Shown here in pieces: positions 12,150 through 24,457 of a stretch of DNA of 32,086 nucleotides. This DNA is from Paraspadella gotoi (taxonomy: Eukaryota > Animalia > Chaetognatha). The notes beneath the pieces are model-generated. The model did not search any database. It saw only the letters and a list, made by a program, of their open reading frames with translations, and was not told where the DNA came from. Each line of letters opens with the position of its first letter. Position 1 is the stretch's first letter. The stretch covers positions 20,982,424 to 21,014,509 of the forward strand of contig CM119263.1 in assembly GCA_051294375.1 (NCBI GenBank). Direction: 5' to 3'. The position numbers and the translations under genes are program-made.

Positions 12150-12930
12150 AAAAAGATATAGATATTGTGGCTCCCTCAATACCTGAATAGCCAAATACCC
12201 AATACGACGATACCCTCATTGATTAAATAAGTTCCAATAGCCATTTTAACCCGTTTAATTAAGTTTCCCCACTCTACCAGTCCCATCATCATTTAATGTA
12301 CCCAGTACCATTACCCAATAAGATTCTTTTTTTTTAAAACTCCCCAATCTGCCACTTAATTTGGCCACCCAATAATACTTGTTCTAAATCCTTTTTCAAA
12401 TGAATAACAAATATTTTCCACAGTCTTTCAACCGCCATCCAACATTCCTAATCCTCTGTGCTCTCATCTTGAATATAACATATCTTAAAATAAATCCTAA
12501 TTTATTCTTTAACCTCACTTTTAACCCCTTGTCCTATTAAGCCTAAGCCTCATCTCTCGCGTTATCTACTTGCTTATCATCAAATTTGAACAGTGTCACA
12601 CTCAATTTCTCCCATAGTCTTACAACCACTTCGCAGTGAGTCAACAATATGCCATCTTTCACGTGCTACAACACCACAAAAAGATCACAAAAGCCATCAC
12701 CTCTTCCTACATAGGCATAATCCATGTATGCTGTCCAGAAATTTAAATTTACCTGGCGCCAAATAGAAGATCTAACATAGTAAGAAGTATCAGAGTACAT
12801 AATTGCTCCCCCAGATTGGCCCCTCACTCATTAGTTTAAACTAATTTCCAAGTACTCTTTCCCATTTCTCTCATAATGCCTTTACTACCTTTAAATTAAC
12901 TCTCAATTGAGAATAGTTTCCGCCAATGAC
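12150..12930 (-). pseudogene. 5'-truncated, frameshifted LINE (L1/Tx1-like) ORF2 C-terminus with CCHC zinc knuckle
   Basis: Minus-strand translation joined across frameshifts reads ...YVRSSIWRQVNLNFWTAYMDYAYV..GDGFCDLCGVVARERWH.LTHCEVVVRLWEKLSVTLFKFDDK...KNKLGFILR... The C-x2-C...H-x4-C motif followed by LW (~12633-12689) is typical of L1/Tx1 ORF2. Confidence 0.8.
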
Positions 12931-13231
12931 ATTTTAATACCAAAAACAGTATTGACAAAATCAAAAACAGTGTCAGTGTAAAAAACTAGAAAGCAGAAAC
13001 AAGTAAAACTAAACTATCAAAATTCAACAGAAACAAAAGACACTAACTTTTAAATTGACTCATAAATAAAATGTTATGAACTAATTCATAAGAAACTATA
13101 AAATATAGCGTTCAAGAACTAATTATAAAGAAACTATAAAATATAACGTTCAAGAACGTTCAAAATTCAAATTTTTAACCAAAAAAAAATCAAGTATAAA
13201 AAGGAAGCAACAAGAAACACAAACATTTAAA

Positions 13232-13263
13232 TAACCCTCAACCCTAACCCTAACCCTAACCCC
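13232..13263. repeat. Short interstitial (TAACCC)n telomere-like repeat
   Basis: TAACCCTCAACCCTAACCCTAACCCTAACCCC. Confidence 0.7.
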
Positions 13264-13594
13264 CCTTTTTTTAAATGGACTCATCGAATAAAATTTATGA
13301 ACAAATTCATAAGAAACTATAAAATATAACGAACATTCAAAAATCAAATTTTTAAACCAAAAAATATAAAAAGTAAAAAATAAAAAGACAGTAAGCAAGT
13401 AAAAACTAAACTATTAAAAATCAACCAAAACAAAAAACAAAAACAAAACAAAAGTATAAAAAGGAAGCACCATTAATAAAGTGTTAATGCTTAGTGTATA
13501 ACATATACCCAAAGATGTATTATTATAATGTTTTAAAGTAAAGGGTAGAGGGACCACATTGCTATTAATACAAATAAAAAACTACAATCAATCA

Positions 13595-13625
<31 letters not shown>

Positions 13626-13653
13626 TAAACATACATACATACATATATACAAG

Positions 13654-14582
13654 CAGGCTTGATATTGATTCGGGTGAGCTTCTTTGTGACGTCGTCGTCG
13701 TCGTCGGTATCGTCGTCGTCGTCGTCGGTGTCTCCCAATTTTTTATAAAAACTACTACGCTTTTATAGTTTTGGATGGGACTTACCGTTTTTTTAGATAT
13801 GGCTTCTCATCTTGAAATAGCTTTGAAATTTTTATATTACATTTGGATTCAAGTTATTTTTGTGTTGAATTTCCACTTCATTATGATTTACTGCAATATG
13901 CAAATGAGATTATAGTACACATTATAATATCCAAATTAGTATGTAGAAATGCTTTAATCTTATTTACATATTGCAGTAAATAATATTGAAGATGAAATTC
14001 ATAAACAAATCTTTGAATCAATTAAAAACATGTGAAATCAAAAGACCTTTTTAAATGAAAAGCTATATCTTAATTTTAATACAAATAAAAATAAAATTGT
14101 AAAAATTTTCAATTGTAAACAATTGTAACATTTTTTTTCCGTTTCTTTTATTTCTTTAAATTATATATAGATTTTTCTTACTATTTATGTCAGTTGCTGC
14201 CTTTTCTGAACTCTTTAAAAACGAGTTCAGGCTCAGCAGTGATTGTTCAGCTGCCTTCCAGCGGCTGTCCAGCTTTCTCTCTCTCTCTGTCTCTGTCTCT
14301 GTCTGTCTCTCTCTTTCTGTCTCTCTCTCTCTGTACGATCTCTTCGTGATCGTTTTTTGGAAAACTTTGATTATTTTTTTCCTTTTAAAAACTTTTATTA
14401 TCGCCATTTATTCCGCGCTTTTTTCTCAATGCAAAATCCCAAATTTACATCCGAGATTTTCGTGGATTTATTCTCTTTCTTTCTCCCTCTCTCTTTTATT
14501 TTCTCTCTCTCTCTCTTTCTCTCTCTCTTTCACTCATACACGCATTTGTTTGTTTTATTTATAATGAATGATTCATTGCGTA
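13654..14582 (+). mobile_element. HINE subfamily A-related copy, running into an assembly gap
   Basis: CAGGCT...GCTTCTTTGTGACGTCGTCGTC...TATAAAAACTACT.CGCTTTTATAG...CTTACCGTTTTT matches the reverse complement of 24600-24705. It then contains the 22800-23220 module, the core module and the start of the minisatellite. Confidence 0.7.
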
Positions 14583-14592
14583 AAAAAATGAC

Positions 14593-14770
14593 TATCATCG
14601 CANNNNNNNNNNCCTAACGACTTCCCTCTGTGTTGTCAAAGTGAGACCATCCTAGGGTAACCGCGCCAGTGACTGGATGCGTCACTGAGGGTCAGAAGCC
14701 CCCAAAGCCAACAGTGAGATGCCCCATCCCAATGGGCATCACAGGCAACCCGGCTGTTGCCATATTATCA
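14593..14770 (+). mobile_element. SINE-like element copy A (5' part lost in the N gap)
   Basis: Reverse complement of ~31783-31936. Ends GGCAAC-CCGGCT-GTTGCC-ATATTATCATC. Confidence 0.75.
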
Positions 14771-15039
14771 TCGTTTTAGTGAAAAGAATTCGAGACCAAA
14801 GTAAAATGAACGAGATTTTATTTCAGTATAACATCGAAGGGAAAATGCGCGCGAGAATAAAATAACAATGCCTTTTATAAGAACTACTTTGTTTACAAAA
14901 GTAGGAATGTGAAAGGGAATGGAATTTTAGCCCGAGAAATATTATTGACATTTTTGTAATTTACCGAATTCTTTCCCACAACCTTCACTAATCATTTGGT
15001 TATCATCGCATCAATCCTTTGGTTATCATTGAATGTTGG

Positions 15040-15480
15040 CTTGATTTAAACTCATTTCCACTCAGACGATTCCATCGAAAATTGATTTAAAGCTTAATCA
15101 CACACTTCACTACCCACATACAAAATTTCAGGTCAGTTTCCCCATCCACTCATGGTGTTCAAATCGTGAAATATATTTTTCTGTTTTTTCCATTTAAACT
15201 CATTTCCACTTTAACGATTCCATCGAAACTTTATATCCAGCTCAATCACACACTTCCCTACCCACACACAAAATTTCATTCCAATCCATCCTTCCAATCA
15301 CGAGTAATTGGTGCTTTTTTCTAAGGTGGGACGGTCGGACGGTTAGACAGACAGACATTATTTTTTTACATAATATATCATAATTCGATGTTCTGACATG
15401 ATATAAGTGAGTTCCCAACAAGATTGAGGGGGCGGACCCACGGACCGACAAAGTGAATTATAGAGTCAGGATCTGCTGAT
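15040..15480. mobile_element. Second copy of the (GACG/GACA)n Helitron-like family
   Basis: Tandem subrepeats at 15040-15190 and 15190-15350 match 940-1270. It ends CGGACCGACAAAGTGAATTATAGAGTC, a pattern resembling invertebrate non-autonomous Helentron ends. Confidence 0.6.
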
Positions 15481-15482
15481 AA

Positions 15483-15649
15483 GCTTTGGGGGCTTCCGAC
15501 CTTCAGTGACGCATCCAGTCACTGGCGGGGTTACCCTGGGACGGTCTCGCTTTGCCAACGCAGAGGGAAGTCGTTAGGACTGTGGATGGAACACAACACC
15601 TGAGATGGTGTGTTCCCCCTCTGAGCCAATGGTATTGGCTGAACGATGG
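15483..15649 (-). mobile_element. SINE-like element copy B (3'-truncated)
   Basis: Near-colinear with 31842-32007. Confidence 0.75.
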
Positions 15650-15811
15650 TGGATGTGAGGTGGTTTGAATATACCACCACAGATCCACCAAATGACCGAA
15701 CCAATAAGTAGTAGCGGCGTAACTGAACAGTGAATTCATAAGGTTAATTATGAGTTATCATCACAAGAAAACATTAGAAATTCATGGGCATTGAGATAAA
15801 AGATTCACCAT

Positions 15812-15925
15812 GGTTCCCATAGCGACGAATAATTCAATCCAATGGGCGTGGCTCCTTTCGATCGTGAGACGGAGCGAGAAAGCGCTGTGCTCTTTCTCCG
15901 GCGTCCGGGGTTGCCATGGCGAAGA
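15812..15925 (+). promoter_or_regulatory. Promoter-like motif cluster (two RFX X-box-like motifs, CCAAT, GC box)
   Basis: GTTCCCATAGCGAC (~15813), CCAAT directly followed by GGGCGTGGC (~15839-15852), and GTTGCCATGGCGA (~15910), all in a CpG-rich stretch. Confidence 0.35.
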
Positions 15926-16509
15926 GGAGGAGGTGTGGCAGTCGAGGTTACGACGCGACGCTGGTGTCAGCGATCCCAGGATTCATGGAATCACGTAAAG
16001 GGATTTCCCGAGGCTTTCTTCTTTATTCGTCGGTCTAATGGAAAGGTAACGAGGTCGGCTGGTCTGGGAGATAGAAGCTAGGTGTGGGGGGGAACCGAGA
16101 GATGGTGGTGAGATAGGAGTGGTTAAATGGGAAGGTGGTATAAGAGATGACGTGAAGTGAAAGGTAAACCGTTGAGTAGAAGGATTTAAGGTTTACATGA
16201 GATTTTATCAAAGAAATTATAGTAGAGAAAATATTTGATAGTCATAATATTAATGAAAAAGATCAGTAAAATATGAATGAGAGAGGTTTGAACCAAGGCT
16301 TATTGGGGGAAGGCAAATTGGAGAGAGGGTAGGAGAGTTGAATTTTAGTAAGTGATCGAGTAAGTCAGTGACTGGTGGAGAAAGCGATGCCCTTTTATTC
16401 TCGTATAATTATTTAGTTTCGTTTAGATTGATAGAATAATTTGTTTTCCGTTAAATATCTTGCCATACTCTTCCCCGCGATGAGCTGTTACGTAAGCTTA
16501 CGAACGAGC

Positions 16510-16720
16510 GCGATTGGAGGGTCCGGAGAAGAGCGGGAGTTTAACCTGGAGGTCTCTCTATACCAGCTTTCTCAGTGTAGGCGATTGGTGGGTCCGGAGA
16601 AGAGCGGGAGTTTAACCTGGAGGTCTCTCTATACAAGCTTTCTCAGTGTAGGCGATTGGTGGGTCCGGAGAAGAGCGGGAGTTTAACCTGGAGGTCTCTC
16701 TATACAAGCTTTCTCAGTGG
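16510..16720. repeat. Three near-identical 71-bp tandem repeats
   Basis: GCGATTGG(A/T)GGGTCCGGAGAAGAGCGGGAGTTTAACCTGGAGGTCTCTCTATAC(C/A)AGCTTTCTCAGTG starts at 16510, 16581 and 16652. Confidence 0.95.
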
Positions 16721-17675
16721 AGCGTGTTTCAGTTTAATCTTTCTCAAGTCTTTTATCCTCAATTCAAACAGGTGTGTAAAAATGAAATGGAAAATACTTT
16801 AAATAATATTTTGTGTTACTTTACTGCCAATGTTTTATTCTCTATTCTGGAACCCAAGTTGAAGATTAGTTTACATTGGAATTATATTGAATTGTACTTA
16901 GGTTATATAAGTTATAAGTTTAAGGTTTATTTTGTATTAATTTAGCATTGTCTATTTTTTGTAGTTTTAACTTCTTATATCCATCTTGCCTTGGTTCCTT
17001 GCTTATTGTCTACTTACCATGAATATTTTTACCTGAGATTGAAAATTGTATTATCTCAAAATGGGGTTACTGTTTCTGCTTTATTACATGGTTCTAAGAA
17101 TATAAGGTTATAGTTAAGCGTTTTACATGTTAGAACTGTTTGGTTTCCAAAGATATTTATTTGAGAGCAGTTGAACACGGATTTGAATTCAATAATTAAT
17201 TAGGGCACGAATTAAGGCACTCTAGAAACTTAGTTTTGTTTTATTTGCGGTAATCTCGGATTATCTAGAGCGCGCGTTAAGAAGCGCTTCAATTGGTGAA
17301 TTAGTAAATGGATACAAGCAGATTAAAAGGTGAAAATTAGGGATCTTGTGAAAGTAAAGAGAAGATTGATTGCACCTCTAAGATCGAGATTGTGTTTTGA
17401 TTAAAAGTTGGGAAAAAGAAAAAGAGAGAAAACAGCGATTTGCTCGGAGATCACGATTCATTTTGTTAACGATTAACGATCAACGATTCTTATGGATCAC
17501 AAAAGGGTAGTGGCTAATTTATAACTACCCCACACTACATAATGTACGGTTTTATATATTTTACATACTACTCGCTGTTTTACTTTTTTTCTATTTTCTA
17601 TTTTCCTTTTCCACCGTCTCTCATCCCTTTTTTTCAAACCGATGTCTTCCTTCCTTGCCTTTCCCCCGGCTTTCC

Positions 17676-18189
17676 TTTTTATCGTCGCAATCGCTAAGCG
17701 TTTGCGACGATATTGTAACGCTTTTGCGCATAAGTGGCGTCGTCGTCGTCGTTGTCGTCGTTGTCGTCGGCGTTCCAAATTATAGATCGCCTTTTTATGA
17801 TTAAATTTGGGTGTATGAAGCTGAAAATTTATATACAGCTTCTCATCATTGATGTGCTTAAAATTGAGTCTGGACAGTTATTAAATATGTTTTGTTTACG
17901 TTTTATCAAAACAAACACATTTTCTCTCTTTTATTTTCATATTTCTCTCTCTCTTTCTTTTCTCTTTTAATTACATGTCTCTCTCCCTCTCTCTTTTCCC
18001 TTGTGACTGATTCATAGGGAAAAAAAACGAGTCTGCAGCTGGCTCTGCAGGGGCTTATTCTTTTTCTCTCTTTTCTCCTGCTGCTTCTGCTGCTGCCTTT
18101 TGATTTCTTTCTCTGCAGCTGGCTCTGCAGGGGCTCTTTCTTTTTCTCTTTTTTCTCCTGCTGTTTCTGCTGCTGTCTTTTGATTTCTT

Positions 18190-18229
<40 letters not shown>

Positions 18230-18462
18230 TATTTTTTTCCTTCTAAAAACTTTTATTATCGCCATTTATTCCCAAATTTACATCCGGGATTTTCGTGGAT
18301 TTTTTTTCTATGTAAATATTTTAAATATCAATCAAAATAATTTTTTTTTCAATATATATTTACTTTATTATTTTATTTTACTTTACTTCATTTTATATCA
18401 AAATTTGTCATCAATCCAGATTTTTCTCATGCGATTGCGACGATCCTTATGCTTTTAAGATT
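17676..18462 (+). mobile_element. Complete non-autonomous Helentron/HINE (DINE-1-like), subfamily B
   Basis: Starts TTTTT-ATCGTCGCAATCGC-TAA-GCG-TTTGCGACGAT (hairpin 17681-17711), then a (GTC)n microsatellite. Ends GCGATTGCGACGAT (18431-18444, a perfect 14-bp subterminal IR) followed by the CCTTATGCTTTTAAGATT stem-loop. Sits in T-runs with no TSD. Contains an ~80-bp tandem duplication (18033/18113) and the family core module. Confidence 0.85.
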
Positions 18463-20475
18463 TTTTCCCTTATTTTTTCTTTCCTTCCTTTTTATTTTTA
18501 CAATCGCGTTTTAACGATCACTTCTGCTCCTTAGCCGGACTTTTATGAGGTTTTCTTATGTTCGGCGTTGTTGTCAGACATTTTATTTCCCAAATGCAAC
18601 AAAGAAATACATCGTAAACAGAATTCGAAACGTTTGTCCGTTCAGCCCCAGACCAGGGAGAGTGGTCGAAGTGCGAGTGAGTGGTTGTATGGTGGGTGAG
18701 TGGTGAGGTATTTGGATAGTGAGTGGGTGGTGAGTGATGAGTTGGGTGTAAACCAGGCAGGAAAATTGAGGAAAACCAAAACGAGGAAAACGGAGGAGAT
18801 GAGCGATGAAGACGACGACGACGACGACGACGATGAAAATAGCACCGACATCAGCGACAGCTGCTGGGGACGAAAAGCGGCGCTCATTAGCGGGAAGCGC
18901 CGCGAGCGCCCAACCCTCGCCGTCAATCCATCGACGAGAAATCTGCCCAAAATGGAATCCGGTGGAATCGAACGGAACCGAATTTTTTGAGCATTGGGGT
19001 AGAAATGTTTTTGAATTGAAAAAATAATGGGAAAAGAAAAAATGGAAAAGTAAAGTATGACACTCTCTCTCTCTCTGTAGAGAAGTTTTAAGTCTCAACG
19101 CTTTGCGGACCTTGTTCGAGGATGTCGCCCGTCGACAAAGGGGTTTTGACGAGAGTCTTGACTATTCTTAAGAAATCGATAAGACGAGTTCAAAAACGGT
19201 AAAACTTGTATTTTCTTCGTGACACAAGGCGTAGCAGACGTGACATAAATAGTAGCAAAAGTCAAAGACTCGTAAAAACGTTTAATCGACGTTTCTTCAC
19301 GTACGACTGAAAAGCCGGTCACAAAAATTGATAAAGAAACATTCGAATATCGGCCAAAATCACGAAAGAGGGAGAGAGAGAAACGACCATTAAAAAGTTC
19401 ACTGATCACGAGGCGATTTATCTTCACTCTCTCTCTCTTTCTCTCATTTTATGTAACTAGCTATGGGTACATAATATTTAGTGATAGTTGTAAATGATAT
19501 ATTCACAAGTCTCACTACATGTTTTTATCATCAGGGATGTTTTTGTTTTTCTGTTTTTCTGTTTCCGTTTTGTTGTGTCTAAGACTAAGCGATCGATGTT
19601 GTTGTTGTTGATGTCGCTTATCTCTTGTTTTTACTACATCTTTCTATCTTTTTATATTTCTTTTTAGAGTCAGCCACCGATCCCTGAGTCGAAAACAGCG
19701 ACGTCAGCTCTAAACGCCAAAAACAAAAACAATAAAAAAACAAAATAAAATTCGACAACAACAAAAAATTCAACTACAACAACAAAACCATCCCGTTGTT
19801 GTCCAGAGATTTTCTTTCGTTTCTCAGAAATTTAAGCGTAGACTTCACAGAAAAAACAAAAAGTTTTTTTTATGGGGAAACAATCGGGAAGAAATTTCTA
19901 GCCCGAGATTCCCTGGTTCGCCTTTCTAAGTTCCACCCTCCAATTCAGGTTTGCGATTCCATTTTCCAGGATCCATATTCGAAGTTTCCGGTTCAAGGTT
20001 TGAGGTCTTCAAGAGAAATCGATTTCTGAAGCGAAGAGGGTTAAGCCTAAAATAGGACTCAAGATAGTAGAGATCCTGATTATTATTATTAGTAAGAAAG
20101 TAAATAAAATCGCCGGCCGAATTCTTTAAAAATTCCAATGCCCGCTAAAAATATTTTGCTCCCTCTGTTTAAACGCCGGTCGCAAAACGTTACCTTATTT
20201 GGAAGTATTTTTAGAATTGTTTACTTTACAAATGTAAACCAAATTTTCTCTCTCTCTCCGTATAAAAATGAATGCCACTTTGTACAATTAGCCAATTCGA
20301 TTCCATTCGCTTTTCTGATTTCAATAAATCGATTCATCTCATTTTGTTCGCCATTTTTATCTCGACCACCTCCACTAGATGTCGAGGGCAAAGTGGAAAC
20401 ATGGCACTAAATGAGAAAAGTTGTTAACGATGTTTTTGTTGTTGTTGTTAAATTTTAGTAAACAATACTAAAAAA

Positions 20476-21924
20476 TATCAAAAGCATAAGGGATCGAGCC
20501 TACTTTTGATGATAACCAAATATTGATGCGATGATAACCAAATATTGATGCGATGATAACCGAAGGATTTGATGCGATGATAACCAAATGATGGATGCGA
20601 TGATAGTCATTCATTGATGCGATGATAATCATTCATTGATGCGATGATAGTCCTTCATTGATCGGATGACAATCATTCATTGATGCGATGATAGTCATTC
20701 ATTGATGCGATGATAGTCATTCATTGATGCGATGCTAGTCATTCATTGACGTGATGAGTTAATTAGAGAGAGAGAAAGAGAGAGAGAGAGAGTTGATTGA
20801 GAGAAAAATATAGAGAGAATAATAAAATAATAATAAGTTTTTTTGAAGGAAAAAAAAAATCCACGAAAATCTCGGAAATAAATTTGGGATTTTGTATTAA
20901 GAAAAAAGTGGCGTGATAAAAATAAAATTGTTTTATTAGAGTGAGTGATTAAGCATCAATTAACTTTCTATTTTTTTTCAATTGAAATAAGACTGAAGTC
21001 TTTTGTTCATCTAGTTCAAAATGAGGTTGAAAACCTTATTTTTTTTGCATATTATTGAAAATTAATGAGATTGATATTGATTGTTTGAAATGAAAACTCG
21101 TCGCTATAAAGCAAAACTATTTTCAATAATAACGGTCAAAAAATTATAATCCCTATTAACAAAATATATAGTTGAAAATACTCAGTTAACAACTATGATA
21201 TTTTTGACTTCCAGATATTTTTTTTACTTATCAAAAAAAATTTTATGTCCTCATCTTAAAAAAGTTTTAATCTTGAATGAAATTTTAGATTGTTCTTTTT
21301 TTTTAAGACGAAACCAGACCGAGGTCAAATTTCATATTTGCATATTTTAACTAATTTATAAATATTTATCCCAACTCAAATAAATTATTATTTTAAAAAA
21401 AGGATAAAAATGATTAAATATATACACTAAAAAAAATTTACAAATTTAAAATTGTAAAAATTATTAGAATAACAAAAAAGTAATGTTTAATTTGACTATA
21501 TCTCTCTTCTCAACTCCTATTTTAGATATAATTTGCCAATATGGGGCCGACCGGTCCAAAGTTACAGTAATAAACAAAAACCAAAAAAAAATTTTTTTTT
21601 TAAAATTATATATGCAATTAGTAGTGTCTTTTTTTTCTGTTGAATTTAATAGTTATTACTTTTTACTGCTTCTGTTTTTTACACGATACTGTTGATTGTC
21701 AATACTGTTTTTGGTATTAATAATGCAATTAATATCGCAAGCTGATGTACATGTGACATTGCCTGCATTATAAGTTATTTTTCCTTTTTTCTCAAATGAA
21801 TCCACGAAAATCTCGGATGTAAATTTGGGATTTTGTATTGAGAAAAAAAAATAAATGGCGATAATAAAAGTTTTTAGAAGGAAAAAAATAATAAGAATTT
21901 TTCAAAAAACGAACGATCGTACAT

Positions 21925-21967
<43 letters not shown>

Positions 21968-22020
21968 AGCTGAACAAAGCCGGAACTCGTTTACTCGTTT
22001 ACTCGTCGCCTGGTGAAAAA

Positions 22021-22068
<48 letters not shown>

Positions 22069-22190
22069 GGAACTCGTTTAATCGTTTACTCGTCGCGCAG
22101 TGACGGTGGTGAAAAAAAAGTAACTAAAAAATTATTTTTGTACAAAAAAAAGAGATAGAAAGAGAGAAAGAGAGAGAGAGAGACAGATAG

Positions 22191-22235
<45 letters not shown>

Positions 22236-22330
22236 GAGAGAACCGGAACTCGTTTACTCGTCGCCTTGTGACGGTGGTGAAAAAAAAAGTGAATAAATTT
22301 TTTTTTTGTAAAAAAAAAGAGAGAGAGAGT

Positions 22331-22369
<39 letters not shown>

Positions 22370-23220
22370 GGAGAGAAAGTTTTCCCGCCAACGATACGCA
22401 ATATTAGGTCACTCTCGTTTATATCGGCGTGATCTCGGTCAAGTTGATTTTTTTTATACACGTAACATTTCCATTGCCATCAAAACGCGTTATTAGGTCC
22501 TGTTCCTCGACATTGTTTACTCGTTGCCCTGCAACGGCCACGAAATTCAGGTCAAGTAAGATATTCTTCATATTTTCTCAAAAAAATCCACGATAATCTC
22601 AGATGTAAATTTAGGATTTTGTATTGAGAAAGAAGCGCGGAATAAATGGCGATAATAAAAGTTTTCAGAAGGAAAAAATTAATCAGAATTTTTAAAAAAA
22701 CGAACGATCAGGCATGAGATCGTACAGAGAGAGACAGACGCACACAGAGAGAGACTGAGAGAGACCCTGAACTCGTTTTTTTAACGATTCAGAAAAGGCA
22801 GCGTCTGAAAAAAAATATATATAATTAAAAAAATAAATAAAAGAAAGGCAAAAAATGTTACAATGGTTTACAATTGGGAATTTTTCCAATTTTTTCCAAT
22901 TGCAGCTTGTAAAAGATTTTATTTTTATTTGTATTAAAATTAAGATATAGCTTCTCATTAAAAAGTTATTTTGAGTTCCCATTTTTATTATAGATTTAAA
23001 AAAATTTTTTTGAATTTCATCTTCAATATAATATACTGCAATATGTAAATTAGATTAAAGCATTTCTATATACTAATTTGGATATTATAATGAGTACTAT
23101 AATTTCATTTGCATATTGCAGTAAATCATAATGAAGTGGAAATTCAAACAAAACATACTTAAATCCAAATGTAATAAGAAAATATCAAAGCTATTTCAAG
23201 ATGAGAAGCCATATCTAAAT
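20476..23220 (-). mobile_element. Long composite HINE subfamily A copy, head-to-tail with the 23291-24736 copy
   Basis: 3' terminus ATCGAGCC at 20493-20500. Segment 22800-23220 is the reverse complement of ~13793-14200, 21790-22430 matches ~4215-4945, and 21258-21605 matches ~5840-6185. Confidence 0.7.
20508..20755. repeat. 22-bp minisatellite inside the HINE 3' region
   Basis: Units GATGCGATGATAACCAAATATT grade into GATGCGATGATAGTCATTCATT. Confidence 0.9.
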
Positions 23221-23290
23221 TTTTAACTTACTATGATGGCACACTTTTGTAAAACTTTATCATAATTCATAATAATTTTTATTTAAAAAA

Positions 23291-23569
23291 AATCTTAAAA
23301 GCAATAGGGATCGAGCCGCTTTCGATGGTAACCAAATATTGATGCGATGATAACCAAATATTGACGCGATGATAACCAATAATTGATGCGATGATAACAA
23401 AATGACTGATGTGATGATAATCAAATGATTTTTGCGATGATAGTCATTCATTGATATGATGATAATCATTCATTGATACGATGATAGTCATTCATTGATG
23501 CGATGATAGTAATTCACTGACGCGATGAATCATTCATCGTAAATAAAACAAACAAATGCGTGTATGAGT

Positions 23570-23615
<46 letters not shown>

Positions 23616-23788
23616 CTGGACAGTTTTCCCGCCAACGAAACGCATTATTAGGTCTCTCTCGTTTATATAAAGAATAATCAGAATTTTTAGGAAAAACATC
23701 CACGAAAATCTCGGATGTAAATTTGGGATTTTGTATTGAGAAAAAAGCGCGGAATAAATGGCGATAATAAAAGTTTTTAGAAGGAAAA

Positions 23789-23869
<81 letters not shown>

Positions 23870-24392
23870 AAAAGAAGCCATATAGTTGAAAATACTTAGT
23901 TAACGACTATGATATTTTTGACTTCCAAATAATAATAATAATATCGCGTTATCGCGTTATTAGGTCATGTTCCTTGACATTGTTTACTCGTTTCTTCGCA
24001 ACGGCCACGAAATCCAGGTAAAGAGAAAAAAGCGCGGAATAAATGGTGATAATAAAAGTTTTTAGAAGGAAAAAAATAATCAGAGAGAGACAGAGAGAGA
24101 GAGAAATAAAAAGAAAAACCGTATTTCTTTTCCAATTATATCGGTTATCCGTTGCCTCGCAACGGCGGCGTCATCTCGGTCAAGTTGATCCTATTATACA
24201 CGTAACGGTCAAGTAAGTTATTCTTCACATTTTCTCAAAAAAATCCACGAAAATCTCAGATATAAATTTGGGATTTTGTATTGAAAAAAAAAAGCGCGGA
24301 ATAAATGGCGATAATAAAAGTTTTTAGAAGGAAAAAAATAATCAGAATTTTTCAAAAAACGAACGATCACGCAAGAGATCGTAAAGAGAGAA

Positions 24393-24457
<65 letters not shown>

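Noticed and set aside
13232-13263. Chromosome end or telomere fusion
   Set aside because: Only ~5 imperfect units, embedded in a dispersed repeat.
14593-14770. HDV-like ribozyme in the SINE-like element
   Set aside because: I could not place the P3/L3 consensus, P1.1 and J4/2 on either strand.
16486-17501. Solo LTR (TGT...ACA)
   Set aside because: No matching TSD, PBS or PPT, and no second copy in the window.
20508-20755. CRISPR-like regular repeats (also 23325-23535 and 16510-16720)
   Set aside because: The units are contiguous with no unique spacers, there are no cas genes, and the context is eukaryotic. These are minisatellites.
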